Shown here piece after piece: positions 43,651 through 53,535 of a stretch of 64,000 bases of DNA. The translations under genes were made by a program, and so were the position numbers. Numbering within the stretch: position 1 is the first letter of the stretch; each line of letters opens with the position of its first letter. The notes below the pieces were generated by a model. The model saw only the letters and a program-made list of their open reading frames with translations, did not search any database and was not told where the DNA came from. Origin of the DNA: Myxococcales bacterium (GTDB lineage: Bacteria; Myxococcota_A; Polyangia; Polyangiales; Houyiibacteriaceae); assembly GCA_024643985.1 (NCBI GenBank), contig JAHELW010000001.1:15884-79883 (forward strand), read 5' to 3'.

Positions 43651-43971
43651 ATGCAGCACATCATCGAGCACGATCTCAGCCCCGAGCTAGCGAAGAAGGC
43701 CGCGGAAAAGGCCGCGGAGCACTACACCAAGAAGTGGGAAAAGTACGACGCCAAGACCACGTGGACGAGCGACACCCACGCGGACATCACATTTCACGTC
43801 AAGGGTGTGAGCGTTGCGGCCACGGTCGACATGCAGCCCGGTCGCGCCGTGATCGACATGACGAAAGTCCCGTTCCTGCTGCGTCCCTTCAAAAACATGG
43901 CGCTCGAAGTCGTCCACAAGACCATGGAGAAGTGGATCAACAAGGCAAAGAACGGCGAGCTCGACGAATAA
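43651..43971 (+). CDS. small protein resembling polyhydroxyalkanoic-acid-system family proteins
   Basis: 106 aa. The layout (HDLSPELAKKAAEKAAEHY..KW...W..D..ADITF.VKGVSV...V..GRAVIDM) resembles the putative PHA system protein family. This is a weak call from memory. Confidence 0.45.
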   Translation: MQHIIEHDLSPELAKKAAEKAAEHYTKKWEKYDAKTTWTSDTHADITFHVKGVSVAATVDMQPGRAVIDMTKVPFLLRPFKNMALEVVHKTMEKWINKAKNGELDE

Positions 43972-43979
43972 TCAGGCAG

Positions 43980-45323
43980 TTAAGCGCTGACGAACTGCTT
44001 CAACGCGGCATCCCCGTGAACGTTGCGAAGCTTTCGGAGTGCGAGTGCCTGGAGCTGCCGGATTCGTTCCCGGCTCAAGCCGAACTCCCGCCCGATTTCG
44101 GCGAGCGTGTGGGATTCCTTCTCGCCGATGCCAAAGCGCATGCGAATGATTCGCTGCTCGCGCGGGTTTAGCGTCTCGAGAGCCCGCATGACGGACTTCG
44201 ACAAGTCCTCGCCGATGACCGAGTCCATGGGGGTGCCCGCCTCGTCGTCGGATATCAGGTCGCGGAGCTCGCTGTTGCCGTCGTTTCCGACCGGCATTTC
44301 GAGCGACACCGTGTCCCGCGAAATCATCAAGAGGTTCGAGACCTGGTCGGTTGGCAGCTTCATCCGCCTGGCGATTTCCGCGGCGGTCGGCTCGCGCCCC
44401 AGCTCGCCGGTCAGCTTTCTGGTCATCCCCGTGACCTTCGTCAGGAGCTCGCACGCGTGCACGGGAATGCGAATCGTGCGGGCTTGGTCGGTCGTTGCCC
44501 GGGCCATCGACTGACGAATCCACCAGGATGCGTACGTCGAGAGCTTGTATCCGCGCCGGTAGTCGAACTTGTCGATCGCCCGCATCAAGCCCATGTTGCC
44601 CTCCTGGATCAAATCCATGAAGGGAAGCCCACGCTTGAGGTACTTCTTGGCGATCGCCACGACCAAACGCAGATTGGCCTCGACCATTTCGGATTTGGCG
44701 CGCTCGACGTCGGACTGCGCGGACGCAACGAGATCGTAGAGCTTGCGTAGCTTGGCGGCGGAGAGCTTGGAATCGGCCTCCGCCTTCTTGCGGGCTGCCG
44801 CATTATCGCTGCAGGATTCGACGTATGACTCGAGCGCGCAGAGAATCACCTCGAACCTCGGGTCGATGACGGCCTCGCGAATCGCCAGGTCTCCGTTCGA
44901 CACGCGTTCCCGAACCTCTTCAATCTGATCCAGATGGAGCTTGTGCTCGACGATCGCGTCGTAAATCGTCTGACGTCCTCGCTCGATTTGCCGTGCGAGC
45001 TCGACCTCGCCTTCCCGGGTGAGCAAGCTCACAGCGCCCATCCAGTCGAGATACGTTTGAACGGGCTCCGCGCTCAGCACGTTGGTCTTTTCCGCCGCTT
45101 TGGCCGTGCGCCGCCGATCCGCCTTGCGGTTGCGACCCGGCTTGACGGTGATCTCCACGCCGGCCGTCTCGATGCGCCGCAGGAACCGCCGGACGGTCCC
45201 GGGGCTGGCACCGATCTTGGCGATCGCCTCGGACGCGTCGTCGTACGTGATCCATCCCCGCGCTTTGACCGATTCGATCACCTCGTTCATCAGGGCGGTA
45301 TTGCTAGATTTTTCTTCTGGCAT
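43980..45323 (-). CDS. RNA polymerase sigma factor, RpoD family (group 1/2-like)
   Basis: Region 2 [37 protein letters not shown], region 3, and the region 4.2 [21 protein letters not shown]. 447 aa. Confidence 0.9.
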   Translation of the reverse strand: MPEEKSSNTALMNEVIESVKARGWITYDDASEAIAKIGASPGTVRRFLRRIETAGVEITVKPGRNRKADRRRTAKAAEKTNVLSAEPVQTYLDWMGAVSLLTREGEVELARQIERGRQTIYDAIVEHKLHLDQIEEVRERVSNGDLAIREAVIDPRFEVILCALESYVESCSDNAAARKKAEADSKLSAAKLRKLYDLVASAQSDVERAKSEMVEANLRLVVAIAKKYLKRGLPFMDLIQEGNMGLMRAIDKFDYRRGYKLSTYASWWIRQSMARATTDQARTIRIPVHACELLTKVTGMTRKLTGELGREPTAAEIARRMKLPTDQVSNLLMISRDTVSLEMPVGNDGNSELRDLISDDEAGTPMDSVIGEDLSKSVMRALETLNPREQRIIRMRFGIGEKESHTLAEIGREFGLSRERIRQLQALALRKLRNVHGDAALKQFVSA

Positions 45324-45453
45324 TGCTTGTTCTCCGTGCTCCCTAAGCGTGTGGTACCATTAGACTGGAAAATTAGCAACCATATGATCAAAAAAATCTA
45401 GTTTTACTGTGAACGGAACATCACCCGAGCAGAGCCGCGCCTCGACCCAGGTT

Positions 45454-45475
45454 GAGGCAGGTCGGAGGCAGGTCG
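45454..45475. repeat. perfect tandem duplication of an 11-mer
   Basis: GAGGCAGGTCG GAGGCAGGTCG, in the sigma-factor/MCCase intergenic region. Confidence 0.9.
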
Positions 45476-45602
45476 AGACCGCTCAGCGGGGCGGGAGCGG
45501 TCTGGCGCTGGAAATCCCGTGACTTCGGCGCCCGAGCTGATTGAATCTTCATTCATTTTTAGGTTGCTCGGGCTCTAGGACACCCTCTACGATCCCGGCG
45601 GC

Positions 45603-47219
45603 ATGTCTGACGAGCAGCGGTATCCCGTGATGCGATCGAAGGTCGAGCCGAAGTCCGAGACCTTCCAGGCGAACCGCGCGGGCAACCTCGAGAAGCTCGA
45701 GGAGGTCGATCGGGCGCTCGAAAAGGCAAACGGCGGCGGCGGCGAGAAGTACGTGGCGCGCCACCTGTCGCGCGGACGCATTCTTCCGAGGCAGCGTCTC
45801 GAGATGCTGCTCGATCGCGACAGCTACTTTCTCGAGATCGCGCCGCTCGCCGGGCACGACATGAAGGGCGAGGTGACGGGCTCTTCCGTCGTCGGCGGCG
45901 TCGGCGTCGTGAGCGGGGTCGAGTGCTGCATCGTGGCAAGCGAAGCGACGATCAAAGGGGGCGCGGTCACCCCGATCAGCATGTTGAAAACCGGCAGGCT
46001 GGCGGAGATCTGCGAGCAGAACCGGTTGCCAGGCATCAGTTGCATCGAGTCCGCGGGCGCCGACCTACCCAAACAAGATCAGATCTTCGTTCCAGGCGGT
46101 GCAGGCTTCCGCCACCTCACGCGTCGCTCTGAGCACCGCGTTCCTACGGTTTGTCTGGTCTTTGGGAGCTCGACAGCCGGAGGCGCGTACATGCCCGGCA
46201 TGAGCGACTACGTCGTGATGGTCAAAGAGCAGGCGCAGGTCTACCTCGCCGGGCCTCCGCTCGTGAGGATGGCCACGGGCGAGGAAACCGACCACGAGGA
46301 GCTCGGCGGCGCGGAAATGCACTCGACGATCAGTGGCGTCTCCGACTACCTCGCCGAAGACGAGATGGACGCGATTCGGCTCGGCAGAGAGATCATCGCG
46401 CACCTCGAGTGGCAAAAGCAGGGACGGCTCCGACCTCGCCCGGTTGAAGCGCCGCTTTACGACCCAGAGGAGCTGCTCGGAATTGCCTCATCGGACATTC
46501 GCGTGCCCTTCGATCAACGCGAGGTGATTGCACGCATCGTCGATGGCTCGCGTTTCAGCGAGTTCAAGCCGCTGTGGGGCAAAACGATGCTTTGCGGCTG
46601 GGCCCACATTCACGGGTATCCCGTCGGAATCATCGCTAACAACGGCACGATCTTCAGTGACAGCGCGAACAAGGGCGCGCAGTTCATCCAGCTCTGCAAT
46701 CAGACCGACGTTCCGCTGGTCTACCTGCAGAACACGACCGGCTTCATGGTGGGCAAGCAATACGAGCAGAACGGGATCATCAAGCACGGCGCGAAGATGA
46801 TCAACGCGGTCTCGAACAGCACCGTGCCGGCAATCACGATCATGACCGGGTCGAGCTATGGCGCCGGTAACTACGCGATGAGCGGCCGCTCCTACGCCCC
46901 CCGGTTCCTATTCACGTGGCCGAACCACAAGATCGCAGTCATGGGAGGCAAGCAGCTCGCAGGTGTTCTCGACATCATCCAGCGGGAGGCGGCCGCGAAA
47001 AAGGGTGTCGAAGTAGACGAGCAGAAGCTTCAAGTCGCAAAGATGATGACCGAGAAGATGATCGAGGATCAGTCGACTGCGCTCTATGCGACCGCGCGGC
47101 TCTGGGATGACGGAATCATCGACCCGCGCGATACACGTTCCGTGATCGCGATCTGTCTGTCCGCTGCGTACAACGCCCCCGTCGAGGGAACCACCTCGTG
47201 GGGCGTGTTTCGGCATTGA
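45603..47219 (+). CDS. methylcrotonyl-CoA carboxylase, carboxyltransferase (beta) subunit
   Basis: Full-length acyl-CoA carboxyltransferase (538 aa) with tandem crotonase-like halves. It is followed by the biotin carboxylase/BCCP subunit, and its N-terminus (...[27 protein letters not shown]) is typical of MccB/LiuB. Confidence 0.88.
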   Translation: MSDEQRYPVMRSKVEPKSETFQANRAGNLEKLEEVDRALEKANGGGGEKYVARHLSRGRILPRQRLEMLLDRDSYFLEIAPLAGHDMKGEVTGSSVVGGVGVVSGVECCIVASEATIKGGAVTPISMLKTGRLAEICEQNRLPGISCIESAGADLPKQDQIFVPGGAGFRHLTRRSEHRVPTVCLVFGSSTAGGAYMPGMSDYVVMVKEQAQVYLAGPPLVRMATGEETDHEELGGAEMHSTISGVSDYLAEDEMDAIRLGREIIAHLEWQKQGRLRPRPVEAPLYDPEELLGIASSDIRVPFDQREVIARIVDGSRFSEFKPLWGKTMLCGWAHIHGYPVGIIANNGTIFSDSANKGAQFIQLCNQTDVPLVYLQNTTGFMVGKQYEQNGIIKHGAKMINAVSNSTVPAITIMTGSSYGAGNYAMSGRSYAPRFLFTWPNHKIAVMGGKQLAGVLDIIQREAAAKKGVEVDEQKLQVAKMMTEKMIEDQSTALYATARLWDDGIIDPRDTRSVIAICLSAAYNAPVEGTTSWGVFRH

Positions 47220-47233
47220 GGGAGAACCCGGCG

Positions 47234-49213
47234 TTGACGAAGAACATCCAGAAGATTCTCATCGCCAACCGGGGCGAGATCGCCCGCCGGATCGTGCGAA
47301 CCTGTCGAAAGATGGGAATCGCGACCGTCGCCGTGTTTTCGGACGCGGATTCGGAAATGCCCTTCGTTGCCGAGGCCGATCAGGCCGTCCGGCTCGGCCC
47401 GGCGCCGAGCACGGAAAGCTACCTCCGAATCGACAAGATCATCGAAGCCGCAACACACACTGGAGCCGATGCAATTCACCCCGGCTATGGCTTTCTCGCG
47501 GAAAACGCCGACTTCGCGGAGGCCTGCTCGACCGCTGGGGTGACGTTCATCGGTCCGACCCCCGACGCGATTCGGTCGATGGGCTCGAAGCGACAAGCCA
47601 AGGCGCTGGTCGAGAAGGCAGGGGTACCGGTCATTCCCGGCTATGACGGTGCGAACCAGGATCCCGAGGTGTTGGCCCGCGAGGCCGTGAAGATCGGCTT
47701 TCCGGTTCTATTGAAGGCGAGCGCGGGCGGTGGCGGCAAGGGGATGAAGCTCGTCCGGGAAGAGGCCGGCCTTCGGGACGCTATCGCTTCCGCCGCGCGT
47801 GAGGGGCAGAGCTCGTTTGGAGACGGAACCCTGCTCGTCGAGAAGTACATCGACGACCCGCGCCACGTCGAAATCCAAATACTCGGCGACAGCCACGGGA
47901 ATTTGATTCACCTCAACGAGCGCGAATGCTCGATTCAGCGGCGTCACCAGAAGATCATCGAAGAAGCACCTTCGCCGGCGCTCGATGCGTCGCTTCGCAA
48001 CCGGATGGGCGAGGCGGCGGTCCGCTGCGGAAACGCAATCGGGTATCAGAACGCTGGCACGGTGGAGTTCATCCTCGCGCCCGACCGGAGCTTCTATTTC
48101 CTCGAGGTCAATACGCGCCTTCAGGTCGAGCATCCGGTCACGGAATCCCTCACGGGCATGGATCTCGTCGAAGAGCAGATTCGGGTCGCCCAGGGAGAGG
48201 CGCTCCGAACCTCTCAAGAGGCGGTTCGTTTCGAAGGCGCCGCGCTCGAGGTGAGGCTCTACGCCGAAGATCCGGCGGGCGGTTTCCTTCCGCAGAGCGG
48301 CGTCGTGGCCGACTGGCACCTGCCCGAAGCCGAGGGTCTGAGGGTGGACGGCGGCGTCGAGACCGGGAGCGAGGTCGGTATTCACTACGACCCGATGCTC
48401 GCAAAGATCATCACCTCTGGCGAAAGCAGAGGACTTGCGCTGCAGCGCATGCGCCGGGCGCTTCGGTCTTTGAGCGTTCAAGGCCTCGCGACCAACCGCG
48501 ACTTCCTCTTGAAGGTCCTCGACCATCCCGCGTTCGAGGCGGGCGACATCGATACGCATTTCATCGAGCGGCACATGGCAGACGGTCTCCTCGACGCCAT
48601 CCCGTCCTCGCTCGAAGACCATGCGGCAATCGTCGCCGCCCTCGCGGAGCAGCAGATGCGCGACGGGCTCCGAGCCCACGTGCCCCACGTCCCGTCGGGC
48701 TGGCGCAACAACTATCACACCCCGCAGTGGGGGGAATACGCCGCGGGCGAACGCGACGTCCGGGTCGAATACCGCCACCACGGCGAGAACCGATTCACCG
48801 TGTCGGTTGGCGAGGACGAGCACGAGATCCGCATCGTTTCCTGGAATGAGCCGGATCTCGTCTTCGAGGACGGTCCGCTCCGGCTGCACGCGAGGGTCAA
48901 GATCGATCGAACCCGGGTTTTCGTTCACACACCGGATGCCAACGTCGCCCTGAATCGAAAACCGCGTTTCCCCGACAAGTCCCTCGCCGTTCCTGCCGGT
49001 GGCTGCGTGGCGCCGATGCCTGGAAAGATCGTCGAGCTGCGCGTAGGCGAGGGTGACGCAGTGCAGACCGGGCAGGTTCTCCTGATCATGGAAGCGATGA
49101 AGATGGAGCACACCGTGACGGCGCCTCACGATGGCGTCGTCGCGCAGGTCACCGTGTCGGCCGGTGAACAAGTCGACGCCGATGCTCTTTTGGCCGTCGT
49201 GCAGCAGGCCTAG
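47234..49213 (+). CDS. methylcrotonyl-CoA carboxylase, biotin carboxylase + BCCP (alpha) subunit
   Basis: KILIANRGEIA, the ATP-grasp core, and the C-terminal biotinylation motif EAMKME. TTG 47234 is preceded by AGGGAG; GTG 47198 in the ORF track is an alternative start. Confidence 0.9.
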   Translation: MTKNIQKILIANRGEIARRIVRTCRKMGIATVAVFSDADSEMPFVAEADQAVRLGPAPSTESYLRIDKIIEAATHTGADAIHPGYGFLAENADFAEACSTAGVTFIGPTPDAIRSMGSKRQAKALVEKAGVPVIPGYDGANQDPEVLAREAVKIGFPVLLKASAGGGGKGMKLVREEAGLRDAIASAAREGQSSFGDGTLLVEKYIDDPRHVEIQILGDSHGNLIHLNERECSIQRRHQKIIEEAPSPALDASLRNRMGEAAVRCGNAIGYQNAGTVEFILAPDRSFYFLEVNTRLQVEHPVTESLTGMDLVEEQIRVAQGEALRTSQEAVRFEGAALEVRLYAEDPAGGFLPQSGVVADWHLPEAEGLRVDGGVETGSEVGIHYDPMLAKIITSGESRGLALQRMRRALRSLSVQGLATNRDFLLKVLDHPAFEAGDIDTHFIERHMADGLLDAIPSSLEDHAAIVAALAEQQMRDGLRAHVPHVPSGWRNNYHTPQWGEYAAGERDVRVEYRHHGENRFTVSVGEDEHEIRIVSWNEPDLVFEDGPLRLHARVKIDRTRVFVHTPDANVALNRKPRFPDKSLAVPAGGCVAPMPGKIVELRVGEGDAVQTGQVLLIMEAMKMEHTVTAPHDGVVAQVTVSAGEQVDADALLAVVQQA

Positions 49214-49220
49214 CGAGCTT

Positions 49221-50402
49221 TCATGCCGCGTCGAGGTCCGCGAGGAGCTGCTCGCCGCTCAGCTGGGTTGCGGACGCGCCGCCGTAGTACTTCATGAGGC
49301 CCGCGCGCTCGTAGTGCGGCTTGATTCGATCGCTCATCAATCCGATCTCCCGAAGATTCGGCACGAGGCGATTGAACATCACCTGCCGGAACAGCGCGAA
49401 GCCCGGCGAGTCGGTCACGAACTGAGCCCACTCCTTGCGGGTCAGCTTGTGCTCGAACCACTCCTCGTACACCTCGAAGGAGAGAAAACGATTGCGCATG
49501 AGGAGCGCCACCTCGAACGCCCAGTCTTCGCGTTCGCGCCGCTCGGCGTCGCTGAGCTCCTGCCTGATGTGGTCGCGAAGCGCAATCACTCCGTAGTGTA
49601 CGTGCCGCGCCTCGTCTTGGATGACCATCTTCAAGAGCTGTTTCAGCATCGGCTCGCCCGTCATCTGATAGAGTGTGCCGAACGCGCCGAGGGCGAGTCC
49701 CTCGACCATGATCTGCATGCCCAGGAACTTCACGTCCCACCGCGAGTCTTGAATCAGCGCGTCGATGATCACGAAGAGGTTGTCGTTGATCTGGTAGAGC
49801 TTGTTCATCTTCGAATCGAGATACCGGTGAAACACCTCGACGTGCCGGCCCTCGTCGACGACCTGCGTCGAGCCGTAGAGCTTTCCATCGAAGAACTGGA
49901 CCGCTTCGGTGACCTGAGCCGCAGCGAAAAGGGCGCCTTGCTCCCCGTGAAGGAACTGGCTCAGCATCCAAGATGCGACGCTCGCGTTGAGCCGGCGCTC
50001 CTCGAGGTCGGTCAGCTTGATGCCGCGCGCGCGAAGGGCGTCGTAGTCCATGAAGTGGCGCGGGATGATCGGCTTTTCCGGGTTCTCCGGGTCGACGTCG
50101 ATGTGCCAGGGCAGGTCGTCGCCGTTCCACTGTCCTTCTTTCGCGCGCTGGTAGAGCTCGCGCATCTCCGGCTGGTCGTTTGGATACGTCCAGTCGAAAT
50201 AGACTCTATGGTTCGAGGGCATCGTCGTCGGCACGCCCTGCTTCCCCCTCTGCAGGATCAGGCCACGGATTCCGGACGGAGCCATCGCCCGCAACACCTT
50301 CGCATTGTTGGTCTGGGTCATCAGCTGAACCGCTTCGACGTACGGCTCGACTCGACGGCGGATTTCGTGGGGCAGCGTATCGAGCACTTTGTCACTGAGC
50401 AT
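49221..50402 (-). CDS. ferritin-like di-iron carboxylate protein (RNR-R2-like fold), function unknown
   Basis: Four-helix ligand pattern: E in FLHGEQGA, DEGRH, E in MVEGLALGAF, DEARH. Phe lies at His+4 (RHVEVF), where class Ia R2 has the radical Tyr. There is an extra N-terminal region of about 100 aa. Confidence 0.65.
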   Translation of the reverse strand: MLSDKVLDTLPHEIRRRVEPYVEAVQLMTQTNNAKVLRAMAPSGIRGLILQRGKQGVPTTMPSNHRVYFDWTYPNDQPEMRELYQRAKEGQWNGDDLPWHIDVDPENPEKPIIPRHFMDYDALRARGIKLTDLEERRLNASVASWMLSQFLHGEQGALFAAAQVTEAVQFFDGKLYGSTQVVDEGRHVEVFHRYLDSKMNKLYQINDNLFVIIDALIQDSRWDVKFLGMQIMVEGLALGAFGTLYQMTGEPMLKQLLKMVIQDEARHVHYGVIALRDHIRQELSDAERREREDWAFEVALLMRNRFLSFEVYEEWFEHKLTRKEWAQFVTDSPGFALFRQVMFNRLVPNLREIGLMSDRIKPHYERAGLMKYYGGASATQLSGEQLLADLDAA

Positions 50403-50415
50403 GGTCGGACCTTCC

Positions 50416-51159
50416 TTAGAGCACGTTCGCGAAGAACTCTCGAATCTTGGTTGAGTGTAACCGCATGATGTAGTGATCGAGGATCGGAACGACCGCCTCG
50501 ATCATGATAGCGACCTTTTCGGGTGGCAGCTCGGAAAGCCGCGAGAAGACGAGACGCACCTCCTCGTTGAGGAGGGTGGTGATCGCATCCTGATAGAGGG
50601 CCATGTCCTCGACGCGAAAACCGAGCTCCGGCGTGAAGCCGAGGGCTCTCACTTGCCCGAACACCTCGAAAATCCAGACGTCTGCCGCTGCGATGCGAAG
50701 GGCACCCTCCGAGCGGGCGCCGCCCACCAGCCCGAGCTCGAAGGCGCGCACGACGTCCTCGGCATCGATGCCGGTCTTCTCGGCAATTTCGGCTGGGGTC
50801 AGCGTCGGGCTGCGGTCGTCGCTCGTCTTGAGCGACTCGGCGAGACGTTCCTTCACGCCGGCGAGGAATGCGTGCTGGCGGGGCGAAAACACCCCGTCTT
50901 CGCCGTCGAAGAGCGCCTTGATCGCCTTGAGTGGGAGGAACTGCTCGTGCTGCAGCTTCTTGATCAGCCGGAGGCGTTCGAGATGCTCCTCGGTATACCA
51001 GGCCATGTTCCTGCCCGTCTTGCGTCCGGGCGGCAGAAGCCCCTGCTGAATGTAGAAGTGAATGGCCTGTCGAGGCAGTCCGGTGGCCTCGCACAGGTCC
51101 TTCATGCGATAACACCATCGCTCCTGGTCGAGCTCGACGGCTTCGGCGGTCGCCCTCAT
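50416..51159 (-). CDS. MerR family transcriptional regulator (long, 247 aa)
   Basis: HTH YRMKDLCEATGLPRQAIHFYIQQGLL. The ATG at 51159 overlaps the reductase stop (ATGA). There is a C-terminal domain of about 170 aa of unknown type. Confidence 0.85.
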   Translation of the reverse strand: MRATAEAVELDQERWCYRMKDLCEATGLPRQAIHFYIQQGLLPPGRKTGRNMAWYTEEHLERLRLIKKLQHEQFLPLKAIKALFDGEDGVFSPRQHAFLAGVKERLAESLKTSDDRSPTLTPAEIAEKTGIDAEDVVRAFELGLVGGARSEGALRIAAADVWIFEVFGQVRALGFTPELGFRVEDMALYQDAITTLLNEEVRLVFSRLSELPPEKVAIMIEAVVPILDHYIMRLHSTKIREFFANVL

Positions 51160-52565
51160 GTCTCGACCTCGACCTTGCTTTGCGTGAGCGGTCGTCCGAT
51201 GCACGTCAGCACGTAGCCCTGGTCGTGCTCCGCTCGACTCAAGCAGTTCGGCTCCTCCATTTCGACGTCTCCGTCCACGAGTCGAACGCGGCAGGCGCCG
51301 CAGCCGCCCATCGCGCACGAAAACGGCATGTCGACACCGGCGCCGAGCGCCGCCTCGAGAATCGTCTGCCCCGGCTCGACCTGAACGCCATGCTCGAAGC
51401 CTGCACGCGCGATGACCACCCGCTCGGTTTGGCTGCTGCCGCTGACGCCGGCGCGCGCCTCCGGGCTGGTGAACCGCTCTTCGGCCACTCGGCTCGGCGC
51501 GACACCGCGCGTTTCGAGCACCGCGTGCGCAGCCTCCATCATCGGAGTCGGTCCGCAAATGAAATAGCGCCTCAGCCCATCGTCCTCGACGTGTAGGGCC
51601 GTCAAACGGGATTCGATGACGTCGCCGGTCAAGAGCCCGCGTTCTCCAGTCCACCATTCCGGCGGGTGCTCGAGCACGTGATCGACGGTGAGCCTATCGC
51701 CGAACTCCTCACACAGCGCCTGAAGGCGATCGCGGAAGATGACGTCGTCCCAGCCACGGTTGCCGTAGATGAGCGTGACGCGGCTGGCGGTCTCGACGCG
51801 CAGTACCGTCTCCAAGATGCTCATGATCGGCGTGATGCCGCTGCCGCCGGCGATCATGACGAGGTGCCTCTGATTGACCGACCGCGGCTCGACCGTGAAG
51901 TTGCCGGACGGGCCCAGCACCGCGAGCTCGTCGCCCTCTGCAATCGTCGCGTTCAGATGATGACTGACCCTTCCATCTTGGATGCGCTTCACGGTGATGT
52001 GGCGGGGCACGCCGGAAAGGCACGCGCTCGCGAGCGAGTAGGCGCGGCGCAGCCGTTCGCCATTCACCGTCACGTCGACGCTCAGAAACTGGCCGGGCTG
52101 AAACTCGACGGGGGATCCATCCGCTTCGGTGACGTAGATCGAAATTGCATCCTCTGTCTCGCGCACCACCCGCGTGACCTTGAGCGGCCGTGCCATGTCT
52201 GGCGTCTTCCGCGGCAGAGACACGACCGCGCCGGCAGCAGGACGGGGGCGCTCGATCACCGGGGAGGGGGTCTTGCCGAGGATCAGCCGATCTCGCAGCA
52301 TTCTTGCGTCGCGTCCCGCTGCGCGAAGCTTGTCTGCGAGCCGTCGTGGCAGAAGGCTGAGCGTGTCGACCTCGTCGAGGGGAATCGGCGCCGGAGCTTC
52401 GGACACGACCGGTGCGGGCGATTTGCCACTCGCTCGGTCGAGCACCATCCGCGCGTCGAGCCGCGCTTGGTCGATGTACGAAGTGAGCGCACTCGGAAGC
52501 GCGCGTGCCGCGAGCGCGGCAGCGGCATCGAATCGGCTCGCTCTGCGGCGATGAGCGCCCTCCAT
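51156..52565 (-). CDS. ferredoxin-NAD(P) reductase-like oxidoreductase with C-terminal plant-type [2Fe-2S] ferredoxin (PaaE/PDR architecture)
   Basis: FAD motif RRAYSLAS, NAD motif LVMIAGGSGITP, ferredoxin cluster CAMGGCGACRV. There is an N-terminal extension of about 120 aa. The start is ATG 52565 or TTG 52601. Confidence 0.85.
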   Translation of the reverse strand: MEGAHRRRASRFDAAAALAARALPSALTSYIDQARLDARMVLDRASGKSPAPVVSEAPAPIPLDEVDTLSLLPRRLADKLRAAGRDARMLRDRLILGKTPSPVIERPRPAAGAVVSLPRKTPDMARPLKVTRVVRETEDAISIYVTEADGSPVEFQPGQFLSVDVTVNGERLRRAYSLASACLSGVPRHITVKRIQDGRVSHHLNATIAEGDELAVLGPSGNFTVEPRSVNQRHLVMIAGGSGITPIMSILETVLRVETASRVTLIYGNRGWDDVIFRDRLQALCEEFGDRLTVDHVLEHPPEWWTGERGLLTGDVIESRLTALHVEDDGLRRYFICGPTPMMEAAHAVLETRGVAPSRVAEERFTSPEARAGVSGSSQTERVVIARAGFEHGVQVEPGQTILEAALGAGVDMPFSCAMGGCGACRVRLVDGDVEMEEPNCLSRAEHDQGYVLTCIGRPLTQSKVEVET

Positions 52566-52591
52566 GACGTGCAGCCTGCCGAAGGAATTGA

Positions 52592-52618
52592 AAAGTGTCA
52601 AGTGTGACTAGACACTTT
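52592..52618. promoter_or_regulatory. inverted repeat in the AT-richer divergent region upstream of the reductase-MerR-di-iron operon (candidate operator)
   Basis: AAAGTGTC (52592-52599) and GACACTTT (52611-52618). A perfect TTGACA lies on the minus strand (complement of 52596-52601). Confidence 0.35.
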
Positions 52619-52634
52619 ACTCCCTGATTGGGGT

Positions 52635-53492
52635 ATGCTCACGAAGAGCTCAATGATTTCAGGCCCGATCATCCCTGCCGAAGAGGCGATCCCGCTGTTG
52701 GGCCGCGCGGTTTTTCTCGATGCGAGAGCCGGCGCCGATGCCCGCACCGACTTCGATCGCGAGCACCTCGCGGGCGCCTCGCACGTCGATCTCGAAACCG
52801 ATCTCTCCCAGGTCGGAGATCCGGCGCGCGGTGGACGGCACCCGCTTCCCTCGTTTGAAAACTGGACGAGACGCGTTGCGAGCTGGGGGATCGATCCCGG
52901 AACACCGGTCCTGATCTACGACGGAGGGAGCGGTGCGATGGCAGCCGCGCGCGCCTGGTGGATGCTTCGGGCGTTGGGTCACGAGCCTTTGGCCGTGATC
53001 GAGGGCGGCTGGCCGGCTCTCGCCAGGCTCGGCGTTCCCACCGAGCATGGGGCGCGCTCCGTCAGGCCGACGTCGCAATCCTATCCGAGCGCGCTGCAGG
53101 ACTGGCCGGCGGTCGACGCCAATTTCGTGGAGGCGATTCGTTCCGATCCGACGTGGCGTGTGATCGACGCGAGGGCGCCGGAGCGATACGCCGGAGAGTC
53201 CGAGCCGATCGACCCGGTGGCTGGCCACATCCCCGGTGCGCGGAATCTCCACTGGCAGTCTCAGCTCGATGCAGACGGAGCTCTCTCGGAACGCAGCGCT
53301 TTGCGCGAACGTTACGCGGAGCTGCTGGGCGGCGTGAGCCCGGATCGTACGGTTTGCTACTGCGGGTCGGGCGTGACCGCGTGCCACTTGTTGCTTGCGA
53401 TGGAGGCCTCTGGCTGGCGGGGGGCCCGCCTCTACGTAGGTTCTTGGAGCGAGTGGTGCCGGCAGGAGCGTCCCCGAGCAACGGGACGTTGA
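52635..53492 (+). CDS. sulfurtransferase (tandem rhodanese, SseA/thiosulfate-3-mercaptopyruvate type)
   Basis: Two rhodanese domains and the active-site loop CYCGSGVTACH. Confidence 0.85.
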   Translation: MLTKSSMISGPIIPAEEAIPLLGRAVFLDARAGADARTDFDREHLAGASHVDLETDLSQVGDPARGGRHPLPSFENWTRRVASWGIDPGTPVLIYDGGSGAMAAARAWWMLRALGHEPLAVIEGGWPALARLGVPTEHGARSVRPTSQSYPSALQDWPAVDANFVEAIRSDPTWRVIDARAPERYAGESEPIDPVAGHIPGARNLHWQSQLDADGALSERSALRERYAELLGGVSPDRTVCYCGSGVTACHLLLAMEASGWRGARLYVGSWSEWCRQERPRATGR

Positions 53493-53535
53493 TCGGCCAG
53501 GTCGCACCGCGAGGCGGAGGTGCTATCCCTCGCCC

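Noticed and set aside
47708-49171. 487-aa ORF on the minus strand, and the 445-aa ORF at 49131..50468 on the plus strand
   Set aside because: They are antisense to the MCCase alpha subunit and to the di-iron protein respectively. Both sense genes have clear catalytic motifs.
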